Virus record (IMG/VR): IMGVR_UViG_3300035698_000810
Span: 2,839-66,838 of that record
Strand: one strand, 5' to 3'
Length of the DNA: 64,000 nt
Source: a virus
Part shown: one piece after another, positions 38,401-45,064 of the stretch
Layout: each line of letters opens with the position of its first letter
How positions within the stretch are numbered: position 1 is the stretch's first letter
The notes under the pieces: model-generated
What the model was told of the DNA's origin: nothing
Seen by the model: the letters and a program-made list of their open reading frames with translations, nothing else
Database searches by the model: none
Translations under genes and position numbers: made by a program

Positions 38401-39877
38401 TAGTCTACGTGATGTCATAGCCGGGGTACACGAGGGCTACACAGGCGGAGAGAATCTTGACGCCATAGTTGCAGCGGGTGGTGGCGGTTTTGGCTTCTAC
38501 AAGACTGCACCGGCCTCCGCGCGTGGTAATATTAAGCGTCTACACACTGAGGGCCGTAAGGCCACCGTGGTGGAGAGCATACTGTCCTCACCTAAACGCG
38601 CTTGGCGCTTCTTAGAACGACTCGGTCGTGCTACTGAAATGGCTAACCGTATTGCCATCCGTAAACACGTGCTTAAGAACGGCGGAACAGAGGCTGAAGC
38701 TGCTGCTCAGGCGCAGGACGTGTTGAACTTCTCAATGCGTGGCTCTCATGAGGCTGTACGCTGGCTGACTGCTACTATACCTTTCGTCAACGCGCGTATG
38801 CAGGGTCTCTATCGTCTAGGTCGTGGCGCGCATGAAGACCCAGGCGGGTTCTTCTTACGTGGTGCGGCTATCACTGCAGCCACTGCTGCTCTGTACGCTG
38901 TCAACCAGGATGATGAGCGGTACAAAGCTCTAGAAGATTGGGACAAGGATACGTACTACCACATCTATCTGGATACTATCTTCCCTGGAGACGTTGTTGA
39001 TGATGTGTTCGGAGATTCACCCAAGCATTTCCGCATACCTAAACCATTCGAAGTCGGAGCCATCTTCTCTACTATACTTGAGCGTGCAATGCTTAACTTC
39101 AGTGGAACCGACGAGAACAAACATACTCAGGACGCTGCACTAAGGATGATCACAGACACCTTTGCTATCAATCCCCTTGGTATCCAGGTGATTTGGCCTA
39201 TGCTTGAACAGTGGGCTAACAAGAACACGTTTACAGATAGACCCATCATCGGCATCGGCGATCAAGGTCTATCTCCACCAGCGCAATACGATCCAATGAC
39301 GTCTAAGCCCATGCGAGCCGTGGCTAGCTTCATGCATGAACTGTTCGGTGATAAAGCACCTGAGACGCTGACTAGTCCTAAGCGACTGGAGCACCTTGTG
39401 CAGGGTTACTTAGGTACAATCGGTGGCTATGCCTTAGCTGCGTCCGACGGTATCTACCGTCTCATGGAAGACGGTGAACGTCCTGCACTCCGCATTGACC
39501 AGATGCCTGTGTTCAAGCGGTTCATCCAAGAAGAACCCGCTAGTACTACGCGGTACTTAACAGACTTCTATGACCTTAGGTCCAAAGCTAACGAGACACA
39601 TCGTACGCTAACTAAGTGGCGGGATGAAGGTCAGAAGGACAAGGCCAAAGACATACTAGATGACGAAAGAAAGAGTCGTTTACTTAAGGTGCGGTCAAGG
39701 CTTAATATAATACATAATCAACTGACACTGGTACGCGACGCGCGCAGACAGTTGTATGATAACCCTCGTCTTACAGCGCAAGTTAAGCGTGATATGGATG
39801 ACATACTTATCGAACGGCGTAACAAGGTTGCGTCTAACGTGCAGCGGCTTTTACGTAAAGTCTACAACGGTTCATAG
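29438..39877 (+). CDS. giant polyvalent internal virion protein (ART-PolyVal-like, HExxH metallopeptidase-like, C-terminal LPD38-like)
   Basis: 3479 aa; VYHAT..YLNIQNP..GYDG..VAFRPEQFKS; GYYDP..AAHEVVH; LNFSMRG..IPFVNARMQG..RIPKPFEVG; AGGAG RBS before TTG. Confidence 0.85.
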   Translation: MSDMSGDGRAEQWLMDLSGPPEEDEENTEAVNPEVISGLYDIFYDYKAPGLTESDGESEPEGDLTNRFIRGAASIPADILKASGTLGTYIDKQLGLVPEDYTADQGSKFGPYAAGQAIEDKIFEMFPINETADPSFPQMLSSGLGNWVSFAGGGIVSKAIGTAGARGTARIAGRDAARAAALESKAAGMVVNPAALRAVGQVASNRVMKKAATAAGYIGVGAMGAGVTAQQLYDDAKANGASEDDSMKAFFLGAGLGTTEAVPIINALNRIDKFLPDGAKTKFLANVAKGAGEEGLQEFLAELGQNVIAKDLVGYDEERGYFVNTKEAAGVGATLGGALNAILGAFGLRRASKRIDNGDDKGNEDGPGDPPGPSDTPQPTGPGEQLIHFALPAPSMQNRPPTPLLEPPIGKVPGEGFTMFEDDAPGIYGEDGFVDLTRLKAATAVALGERQAETGAILDAARKATSLEMADVNDLPGSVRQRLQQEAINTGRELPEFFSRKDLLDNGVTPEQIKQTFREKEEGYKQFSTTPGVDLETLASLDEDAAYNYVGDNFPRLKKWLNGTVEQAETAEARIFANLSNSPFFNRFIGGTEVAYNNGVPRLVYHATTSRNPFDTFLPGTHYGTRGSAEERLGSDITPDNRRVIPGYLNIQNPLQVEDHGGNLAVDYAAELVETGILETADIDRIVDAGGPRFKDAVNRLIDKNGTKTGKIQSMWQRVWNDKRFLQQAYDMYYGDEAGMSRSKSQRNSALAGINQDLQEELFNVLEEKGYDGFTYENMNEDKGAPSYVAFRPEQFKSVFNDRFDPDDAKFSTQPPPTTPKFKATAKVIRQEVEAILNRILPKDKPSIVLRQAIKVDVADNQEALNASGGNLEQGESEIEVAGYYDPTLNLVAIALNKDPRKAAAHEVVHFLMERGFFTVDELSAIADNRDVLVRMATIEQVGQAKWDKLNAKSRTRLLNMYQERLSNEEAFAIAAARYDTLVHQGKDPANVKGVLKTAWAKFNKIMRQIKSSLAGQGFETIESVFESYSTGRVGSRPEGQSDRVDQQVTEALAGVDMAQAGLAPLAAREEKRRKKAVKQPETLRGTNTRKKPALRVDPKTGRKFSVTVESVNEDWDSGIERAFDDPNLKLPSKADGNQWFGSLFEYTKKPKQKQDEADADYRLRIKDQLNKAGEFEPRLMSKIKGLNVNEARWVGLPAWLKSKADDKITKEEILSFTASNTVEVWQTTYSGNDAKFGSYINGDLYGFNYREHVFAYPGSDAPMGTNDAVVYREIGRTQAAVTLHVIQSNKEKKGLLLPPGKALDRQVQDMQHARRFEAITKGIFGNPGPETVAKVLEYIAKKAGFASLGEMASKNRNHADDTNLDLRLKTMADRYITWNMDLLHDLDIGTESISLQDAMWKYYASQKDTVPTFYYTRPAAVAHLEDLNEATEAQQNWFEDFGDLVSGHLMGFADSGSSTTIETKKHKSTKVTTEAGVESEGHLSGGHWGRHSGGMGPFAWSLLEDVQVGDAAAIRIVELQSDELSIGRAQENFEHAFDKNQWPLLVIKNAVQEAVKTEAGYVLWPTGKEINDRWNHVHIEDVTEIDITMFGDEAGIFAVDPKDGQIHQFMGSEDNNFEYTNPYELLHNKDALRGYITDKEAMDRIFTQVAEINKRYIADIEAAKKKFPDVAAQLERDYDTTEYDPAVASALGVNQSNYNIEISLPNPITVADPGFVNLYDKQVANDVRKWLKGIGVTDAQVERGIQPSGSESISVPGVRYPFVQSLTTVHTDTYEMMHDFIAGDIARNILELDTHWEGVGQARRWTDVVSLPGDNLPDNPFVQDLPTRNVANPGDQLRGHIDESGELTEDTLAEIIWEIYGSMQAAAGKPPARSNDYASWDRTVDLSHVQLTELGRQFKDALVANKFDRADVEEGMHDIAFAINKNGLRSRLAADGNAELLHWFADSQADPLGLFDSINGFTQTMNIRPDALLGRFIGKASLVVNDPSNSPAYKSNFATQLEQLTGITGGILDYASNARIDADASAVSGQLPKYPRIAQSILDEVSQRFNDNVKENFGQPLKTKKQGPKVNGLKMSPQIVDAVKQRLTMFSVTPTMTQSLDNTVDDLLGMAMAVEPGAANLPVQYGAQPEMLAEYKQGLAHLETIENDVEKDMYFNRVLSPLEEKLKTQLKDGVQAMLQVPTSRRAFLRGMSAAATWATRFTDLQNTITALKPLDIAPLPQVITPEIAGARAYSAMFARYLQRIARGEKLLSKYIPDVYNEDGVFDRYDVNHSRVLDGWGEARKELRGEELNDAWNAAYYHDIETAQPLHSKALFERYSVDPVITVRDEYERKHPFSKFNKNLPRRINADEIPLGIEQEIYELMSEHNDTVQQPGVVEFDSEANPYYGYDWKSRTAGYKEFDSIANTLTIIGDILTDGGTIHPYGNASELGDEANAINNSVLYASNELELDTALRTAEYHFAWSLEDGRKDPATYNSIMSQFAKAFDYTGEIFQSWEETNKWLREVIWRSAKRLATEDIYEEDFYKSKNASQEDADLSNEEFILKRYLMAQDAYFRSHKPPANAKFSTTGQSIDSEDQSTVDSYNKVFHRDVRSWGQRIRDWIDYFKDYGWLAAKQGFFDQFSSLRQHELEIYGEYLDASISPWRTALLSQNLDSVMNYYFMSGTTIYNPEKGIFEAQEDSTGLLEVFQPLVDADLMDQWAAWMVAKRASRLTKEGRQELLSKEDMDRFLALAEKHSDAVSFEDIDAEWQKFNKSVLNMAESAGIIDAESRPSWEATDYVPFYRVMEDEFRQNILKKGPNAGKGLANQKSGMWALYGGTDKQVDPFEGIVMNLSKLVDASYKNVAMIKVAEMLEGTETITEQNSRAFTRAQVPVGEMKKALRKLGFDVSRTGVPGANSLIENVAALTKPKGDNVISVMVGGKPKYYKVNDALTLQALTGMDYTLPGFISTAANMKTLFTNMVTHDPGFMLANIFRDTVSTFVVTGKTSLRDVIAGVHEGYTGGENLDAIVAAGGGGFGFYKTAPASARGNIKRLHTEGRKATVVESILSSPKRAWRFLERLGRATEMANRIAIRKHVLKNGGTEAEAAAQAQDVLNFSMRGSHEAVRWLTATIPFVNARMQGLYRLGRGAHEDPGGFFLRGAAITAATAALYAVNQDDERYKALEDWDKDTYYHIYLDTIFPGDVVDDVFGDSPKHFRIPKPFEVGAIFSTILERAMLNFSGTDENKHTQDAALRMITDTFAINPLGIQVIWPMLEQWANKNTFTDRPIIGIGDQGLSPPAQYDPMTSKPMRAVASFMHELFGDKAPETLTSPKRLEHLVQGYLGTIGGYALAASDGIYRLMEDGERPALRIDQMPVFKRFIQEEPASTTRYLTDFYDLRSKANETHRTLTKWRDEGQKDKAKDILDDERKSRLLKVRSRLNIIHNQLTLVRDARRQLYDNPRLTAQVKRDMDDILIERRNKVASNVQRLLRKVYNGS

Positions 39878-39891
39878 AGCAGGAGAATAGC

Positions 39892-40119
39892 ATGGACTTC
39901 ATTATCTTATCTAACCTCACAAACCTTATCTGGGCAGTCATTGCCATTGCCACCTTGTTTGGTGTCGCGCGTATGTCTGACCGCCTTATCGGTTTCAATT
40001 TCAAGGAATGGATTAATGCGCTTGCAAAAAGCGGTTCAGACTCTAGTGGTATTCTTTGCATCTATTTCGGTCTGCGTTTTATTGGCCTCTGCATCCTCGC
40101 AGGCGCGATATTTTCCTGA
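39892..40119 (+). CDS. putative holin (two TM segments)
   Basis: 75 aa, two hydrophobic segments, first gene of the lysis cluster, AGGAG RBS. Confidence 0.6.
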   Translation: MDFIILSNLTNLIWAVIAIATLFGVARMSDRLIGFNFKEWINALAKSGSDSSGILCIYFGLRFIGLCILAGAIFS

Positions 40120-40609
40120 CAAGTATGACCGGGAAATCAGATCAGCTACCAAGGGGTACTGGGGATACTTCCCTTACTGGAAAGCCTGGAAAGCCCAGCT
40201 GTATCAGGAATCCCTCCTTGATCCACTCGCTGTATCACCCGTCGGAGCAGCAGGTCTCGCACAGTTTATGCCTGCAACTTGGGCAGAAGTATCCAAGAAG
40301 CTAGGCATCGAAGGAGTAAACCCACGTGATGCAAAACATGCGATACATGCCGGAGCTTACTATATGTCCACGCTCAACCGTGGTTGGTCGTCTCCTCGAC
40401 CGGCTCTTGATCGCCATTGGCTTGCGGCATCCTCTTATAACGCGGGCTTTGGAAACCTACTCAAAGCTCAACGGGCCTGCGGCAACGCGAGCTTATATAC
40501 AGACATTATTGAATGCCTCCCTGAGATCACAGGTAGACACTCTGCGGAAACGATCACTTACGTAAAGCGCATACGCCAGTGGTGGGAACAGATGGAGTAC
40601 GACAGATGA
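40016..40609 (+). CDS. endolysin, SLT-type lytic transglycosylase with N-terminal signal-like segment
   Basis: YQES..AVSPVGAAGLAQFMPATW..SYNAG..ETITYV; start placed at ATG 40016 (AAGGA RBS). Confidence 0.85.
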   Translation: MRLQKAVQTLVVFFASISVCVLLASASSQARYFPDKYDREIRSATKGYWGYFPYWKAWKAQLYQESLLDPLAVSPVGAAGLAQFMPATWAEVSKKLGIEGVNPRDAKHAIHAGAYYMSTLNRGWSSPRPALDRHWLAASSYNAGFGNLLKAQRACGNASLYTDIIECLPEITGRHSAETITYVKRIRQWWEQMEYDR

Positions 40610-40896
40610 ATCCTTTGTTGAAGAAATTCACTATCATTGGTACAGCTATTATTACGCTGTCTGGACTAGGTCTTGTAGTAAAGACGTGGGGATTCTGGCC
40701 TGCATCCGCAGCCTCCGTTGCTGACAATGCTGCGCGTATCGATACGATTGAACTGAAGTCTTACTACCAGCAACTGTGGGACGTGCAAGATCGTATAGAC
40801 ACCTTACAACGCAGTGGTAAGCGCGTGCCTCAAGACCTGTGGACGCGTAAATCGGATCTTGAAGCCTGGATCCGTCAACTTGGAGGTTCAGGATGA
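40606..40896 (+). CDS. membrane protein in the lysis cluster
   Basis: ATGA overlap with the endolysin stop; one TM segment then a helical domain. Confidence 0.6.
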   Translation: MNPLLKKFTIIGTAIITLSGLGLVVKTWGFWPASAASVADNAARIDTIELKSYYQQLWDVQDRIDTLQRSGKRVPQDLWTRKSDLEAWIRQLGGSG

Positions 40897-41321
40897 TACC
40901 AGGACTAGGTCAGGTAAAGTTAATTGGTGCAGCCTTAGCTGCGGCTGGTGGTATCTCATTGTTTTTCTATGTAGGTATGCTTAAGTCAGATGTTAAGGCC
41001 GCGGAACAAGGTGAAATTAATGCACTCACAGCACTTAGTCGAGCTGCCGGCAAGGTTGAAGAGCTGGGTGCAGCTAACAACGAACTCATTACTCAACTGG
41101 ACACCGCACAGGAACTCGTTAATATATCTGATACGGCGGCGGCTGAGGCGAGGGAAACAATTACTCGGATAAGGTCCGACATTTCAGAGAGTAGAAGGGA
41201 ACTATCAAATGCTCCAGAAACCGACAACGCTCCTGCAGCTCCTGTGCTTGAGTACACTGCTAACAGGCTGCGGCTCCTCAGCCAAAGTAATTGGGGCGTG
41301 CGAGCCAGTAGTCAAGACTGA
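40893..41321 (+). CDS. Rz: i-spanin (Rz-like)
   Basis: N-terminal TM segment and long coiled coil; overlaps the lipoprotein gene. Confidence 0.75.
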   Translation: MIPGLGQVKLIGAALAAAGGISLFFYVGMLKSDVKAAEQGEINALTALSRAAGKVEELGAANNELITQLDTAQELVNISDTAAAEARETITRIRSDISESRRELSNAPETDNAPAAPVLEYTANRLRLLSQSNWGVRASSQD

Positions 41322-41532
41322 GACTAAGTGGCTGTATACGCGTATTGATCCAGCACTACTAGATTTCCAGCCAACAACCCAGGTCCCAGGTCCCGGGTTC
41401 GATCAACGTTCATTCGGGGATATGGCTCTTCAAATGGCTGAAGACCTTGGTAACTGCGCAGTAAAGCTTGATAAGATCAAGGACCTCGACGCAGCTACCA
41501 AAGCTAAGCAGGCCGAACTCAATCAGCAATAG
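41209..41532 (+). CDS. Rz1: o-spanin (Rz1-like lipoprotein)
   Basis: Lipobox LLTGC; IDPALL..P; starts inside the Rz 3' end in another frame. Confidence 0.8.
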   Translation: MLQKPTTLLQLLCLSTLLTGCGSSAKVIGACEPVVKTETKWLYTRIDPALLDFQPTTQVPGPGFDQRSFGDMALQMAEDLGNCAVKLDKIKDLDAATKAKQAELNQQ

Positions 41533-43072
41533 GCTTGAACAGAGACAACCAAGTATCTTTAATGTTGGTGTCTGATAGTCTGGCTTCACCCTCAAGGACG
41601 CTGTCGCCTAGCGCCCGTTTTCTAATATGATCATTCAGTATAGCTTCATCGACTGTACCTGGAACTAGGAAATCTGTATAGCCTACAGATTCTTCCTGAC
41701 CTATGCGGTGCGTCCTATCTTCAGCTTGAATCCTAGTCTCAGCTGAATACTCATTAGAATAGAATGCGTTCTCTGTAGCCGCAGTCCAGGTGTTACCCCA
41801 CCCACCAGCACGCTGCTGTGCTATGATATACAGTAGCTTAGAGTCTGGGTCCTGAAACTCGGCAGTTATATCTACCTTAGTCTGATCCTTCATTCCACCA
41901 GTCCAACACGCTACCGAGTCTGCACCGTACTCAGCTATTACGAGAGCTTCAATACGCCGGATGGACTCTCTGAAGTGGGACCAGATGATTACCTTCTTAC
42001 CCTTGGCACGGCGTAGATCAGACATCAGCCCCTCTTCTCTGGGTATAATGTCTGGGTCTACTGGTATGATGTCACCGTCAGGACTCTTGGTAAAGCCACA
42101 TAGTATCTGCTGGAGTCTGATAATTTGTGTCAGTACAATCTCCGCAGTGATGGTGTGCTCTTCCTCCTGATGCCTGATGGTAGTTACACAGTCAGCCACC
42201 ATCTCGTTGTAAGCCCTACGCTGCTTGGGTGATAGTGTAACTACATGCTGTCTATAGATCTTGGGAGGTAGATCTAGACAATCGCGTTTCTTAATACGGG
42301 TGGAGAACTTACTGAGCCGCGAGCTAAGTTCCCCAAGCCTTTGGTACCCGGCTATCTTATCAAAGCTCCGGTTCCCCATGAACTGTTTCTCTACGATAGC
42401 GTACCTAGCTCTGAAGGCGTAGTACGCCGCACTCAGACTTCTTGGTAGACTAAAGGTACTCGGTGATAGGAAAAAACACTGGCCAACAAAGTCAAGCGGG
42501 CTCTCTGGGTTAGGATAACCACTCATTATCCTCCGCATCTCACACAGTTCCCCTATGTCTACTATACACTTGGTACGCCCTGCCTTAACACTCTTGATCA
42601 CTGTAGACTCATCCACAGATATAAAGGCTTTACCAGCTTTAACGAAAGATCGGATGTAGGCTAGTGAGTCCGCGTCCCGCTTACGTACTACTCTAAAGCA
42701 CTCAGGGTTTACCACTAGTATACGTAGCCGTGGCTTATCCTCATTGAGGAACTTAGCCATTTTATGCTGCCAAGCTTTGCCAGCCATCTTAGCAGAGTCC
42801 CAGTTCTCTACTACGTAGTCCATGTCTTCGGGCATGTACTTCGGTATCTCATTGTGTACCCAGTTCATGTACACACCCTTGGGTGCGACGATCACTACTC
42901 TATCTATCCAGCCCTTCTTGTAGGCCAGTACAAAGTTGTGAATACAGATATAGGATTTACCACACCCCATCTCAAGGAACCAGGCCCAGTACTCTTTGCC
43001 CGCGCTCTCTTCTAGTGTAGTTAGTTGGTGGTCGTAAGGTTTGAACTTACCGAAGTCATACTCTTCATACAT
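41519..43072 (-). CDS. SNF2-family (SF2) helicase
   Basis: PYDHQ, EMGCGKS, VDEST, SGYP, QAEDRTHRIGQ. Confidence 0.92.
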   Translation of the reverse strand: MYEEYDFGKFKPYDHQLTTLEESAGKEYWAWFLEMGCGKSYICIHNFVLAYKKGWIDRVVIVAPKGVYMNWVHNEIPKYMPEDMDYVVENWDSAKMAGKAWQHKMAKFLNEDKPRLRILVVNPECFRVVRKRDADSLAYIRSFVKAGKAFISVDESTVIKSVKAGRTKCIVDIGELCEMRRIMSGYPNPESPLDFVGQCFFLSPSTFSLPRSLSAAYYAFRARYAIVEKQFMGNRSFDKIAGYQRLGELSSRLSKFSTRIKKRDCLDLPPKIYRQHVVTLSPKQRRAYNEMVADCVTTIRHQEEEHTITAEIVLTQIIRLQQILCGFTKSPDGDIIPVDPDIIPREEGLMSDLRRAKGKKVIIWSHFRESIRRIEALVIAEYGADSVACWTGGMKDQTKVDITAEFQDPDSKLLYIIAQQRAGGWGNTWTAATENAFYSNEYSAETRIQAEDRTHRIGQEESVGYTDFLVPGTVDEAILNDHIRKRALGDSVLEGEARLSDTNIKDTWLSLFKPIAD

Positions 43073-43159
43073 GCAACTCTCCTCTCTATAGTATATAAGG
43101 TGTAATTATATATCATCGGGGGCTAATATAGGAAATACTTTGTTTCCGTTAAAAAGTAT

Positions 43160-43188
43160 TTTACATATCAATCTATTCAGTGTACTAT
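43160..43188 (+). promoter_or_regulatory. sigma70-like promoter TTTACA-N17-TACTAT
   Basis: In the AT-rich divergent gap upstream of the replication operon. Confidence 0.65.
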
Positions 43189-43210
43189 ACCATAATTAGA
43201 GAGGAGAGTT

Positions 43211-43531
43211 ATGTCTAAAGTATTCGTCGTCCAGGAAGTTCCCAATAGGAACTTAGTACCGGCTACAAAATATGGTATACTGGAAGTCTTACTTCCTCAT
43301 CATGATGTGTTCTTAGATTCAGTCACTCCAGTTAAAACGCTTCGGCGTAAACTCGAGAACTTCTCTGATGATGACTACATATTGCTGATCGGCGATCCAG
43401 TTGCAATAGCTCTTTCTTCTATGGTGGCGTCCGAAGTAAATGACGGGCGCATTCAGTTCCTAAAGTGGGACAAGGCTACCGGCACATACTATATTGTGAA
43501 GGTGGAAATCAACCGGAAGGTAGACGATTAA
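43211..43531 (+). CDS. conserved small alpha/beta phage protein
   Basis: VFVVQE...A.KYG...F.DDDYILLIGDP..LKWD; GAGGAG RBS. Confidence 0.75.
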   Translation: MSKVFVVQEVPNRNLVPATKYGILEVLLPHHDVFLDSVTPVKTLRRKLENFSDDDYILLIGDPVAIALSSMVASEVNDGRIQFLKWDKATGTYYIVKVEINRKVDD

Positions 43532-44097
43532 TGACTGAGAGCATGGATGACGTCCTACGTGCGGGCGCAGAACAGGTTGCCACGCAAGATGAGAATAGCT
43601 TGGCAATATTATCTAATCTCGCTAAACAACAAATGGAACTCGAAGATGCGCTTGCTGGTAAACAGCTTGAAGCCGGCATCATCATCGAGCAACTAGCCGC
43701 CATCAAAGACAAGGCATTACCAGAGGTATTCCAATCCCTTGGTTTAGAGAAACTTGTAATGGATGACGGTTCTACTGTGACGTGCAAGACTGCGTATGCA
43801 GTGAGTATACCGCTTGAAAGAGCGGATGAAGCGTTCGAGTGGTTCAAACAAGAGGGTTTGGACGACATGATTAAGAACGAAACTAAAGCCACGTTCGGCC
43901 GTGGTGAAGAAGAACAAGCCGACAAACTTGCGGTGATCCTTGACGAACATAACATGAACTACGTTCGCAAGCGTTTTGTTCATCCGCAGACTCTCAAGTC
44001 GTTCGTAACTAAACGACTTGCTGAGGGTTCGAGTATACCGGACTCTATCACAGCACATCCGGTCACTCAGACCAAGATCAAACGACCCAAAATCTAA
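43531..44097 (+). CDS. conserved replication-module protein
   Basis: TAATG-coupled start; AFEWF...G..DMIKN...VHPQTLKSFV. Confidence 0.75.
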   Translation: MTESMDDVLRAGAEQVATQDENSLAILSNLAKQQMELEDALAGKQLEAGIIIEQLAAIKDKALPEVFQSLGLEKLVMDDGSTVTCKTAYAVSIPLERADEAFEWFKQEGLDDMIKNETKATFGRGEEEQADKLAVILDEHNMNYVRKRFVHPQTLKSFVTKRLAEGSSIPDSITAHPVTQTKIKRPKI

Positions 44098-44133
44098 CCC
44101 AGCAAACTATAACCTAGTTAGGAGATCAGCATT

Positions 44134-45033
44134 ATGGCTGAACAACAGCAGTCTACTGAATTAGCGGATGTCTACGGAGCACATGCATCCGACGGTCTAC
44201 AGAATGTTACTGGAGCCGATCTAACCACGCCCTTCCTTATGATCCTGCAGAGTAATTCACCGCAGGTTAAGAAGGGAACTCCATCCCATATACCGGGTCT
44301 TGAAGAAGGCATGATCATTAACTCCGTCACCGGAGAGTTTTACGAAGCTGAAGACGGTTTCTGGTTCGTGCAAACTGGCTTCGTAAAGAAGCTAGTAGAA
44401 TGGGCGCCCAAGCGTGGCGGTCTGAAGGGTTCATACTCTGTTGACCACCCTGTTCGTAACACTGCCGTACCTAAAGAGAACTCTGACGGCAAGATCGAAC
44501 TGGTACTACCCAACGGCAACATCATTGTGGAAACTGCATACCACTACGGGTTTGAAGTACCTTCTCGCGTCGAAACATCTGGCACTAAGAAGGACCCAAT
44601 TGAAACACGCGTCTTCGACTTTGACAATGCTCAGCAAGCCGTCGTCTCAATGTCTTCATCCGCGCTCAAGCCTTCGCGTCTTCTCATCTCACAGCTATCC
44701 GGTATTAAGATGGGACCTCCGGGTGCTATGTTTACGCCACCAACGTACTCGCGTATCATTAACTTCACGTCAGGCGTGATCGTTAAGGGTGACAACAGCT
44801 GGTTCAACTGGGGTGTGGATATTAGTACTAAGGTTGAAGACGTTAACTTCGTCATGAACTCTGCCATCCCAATGTCTGAAGACGTTGTTAAAGGTAAGAT
44901 CGAAGTTGGTTCACCTACTGGTGAGTACGCACAGCTTGATGGTCCTCAGACCGCAGCTATCGCAGACGGTACCGTTAACATTGACAACGACGACGGTGCT
45001 CCTAAGGAAATGGGAGCAGACGATAAACTCTAG
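44134..45033 (+). CDS. putative ssDNA-binding/annealing protein
   Basis: DLTTPFLMILQSNSPQV...VEWAP; acidic C-terminal tail; located before the primase. Confidence 0.6.
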   Translation: MAEQQQSTELADVYGAHASDGLQNVTGADLTTPFLMILQSNSPQVKKGTPSHIPGLEEGMIINSVTGEFYEAEDGFWFVQTGFVKKLVEWAPKRGGLKGSYSVDHPVRNTAVPKENSDGKIELVLPNGNIIVETAYHYGFEVPSRVETSGTKKDPIETRVFDFDNAQQAVVSMSSSALKPSRLLISQLSGIKMGPPGAMFTPPTYSRIINFTSGVIVKGDNSWFNWGVDISTKVEDVNFVMNSAIPMSEDVVKGKIEVGSPTGEYAQLDGPQTAAIADGTVNIDNDDGAPKEMGADDKL

Positions 45034-45064
45034 TACAGCGCACCTTTAACGTTAGGAGGCGCGC

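Noticed and set aside
7677-41532. Many short alternate-frame and antisense ORFs in the track
   Set aside because: They are nested in well-supported genes with no RBS or motifs; only the holin/endolysin and Rz/Rz1 overlaps are credible
5778-45033. TAG stop-codon reassignment
   Set aside because: TAG ends many genes exactly where the next RBS or start begins, and long genes are intact under the standard code
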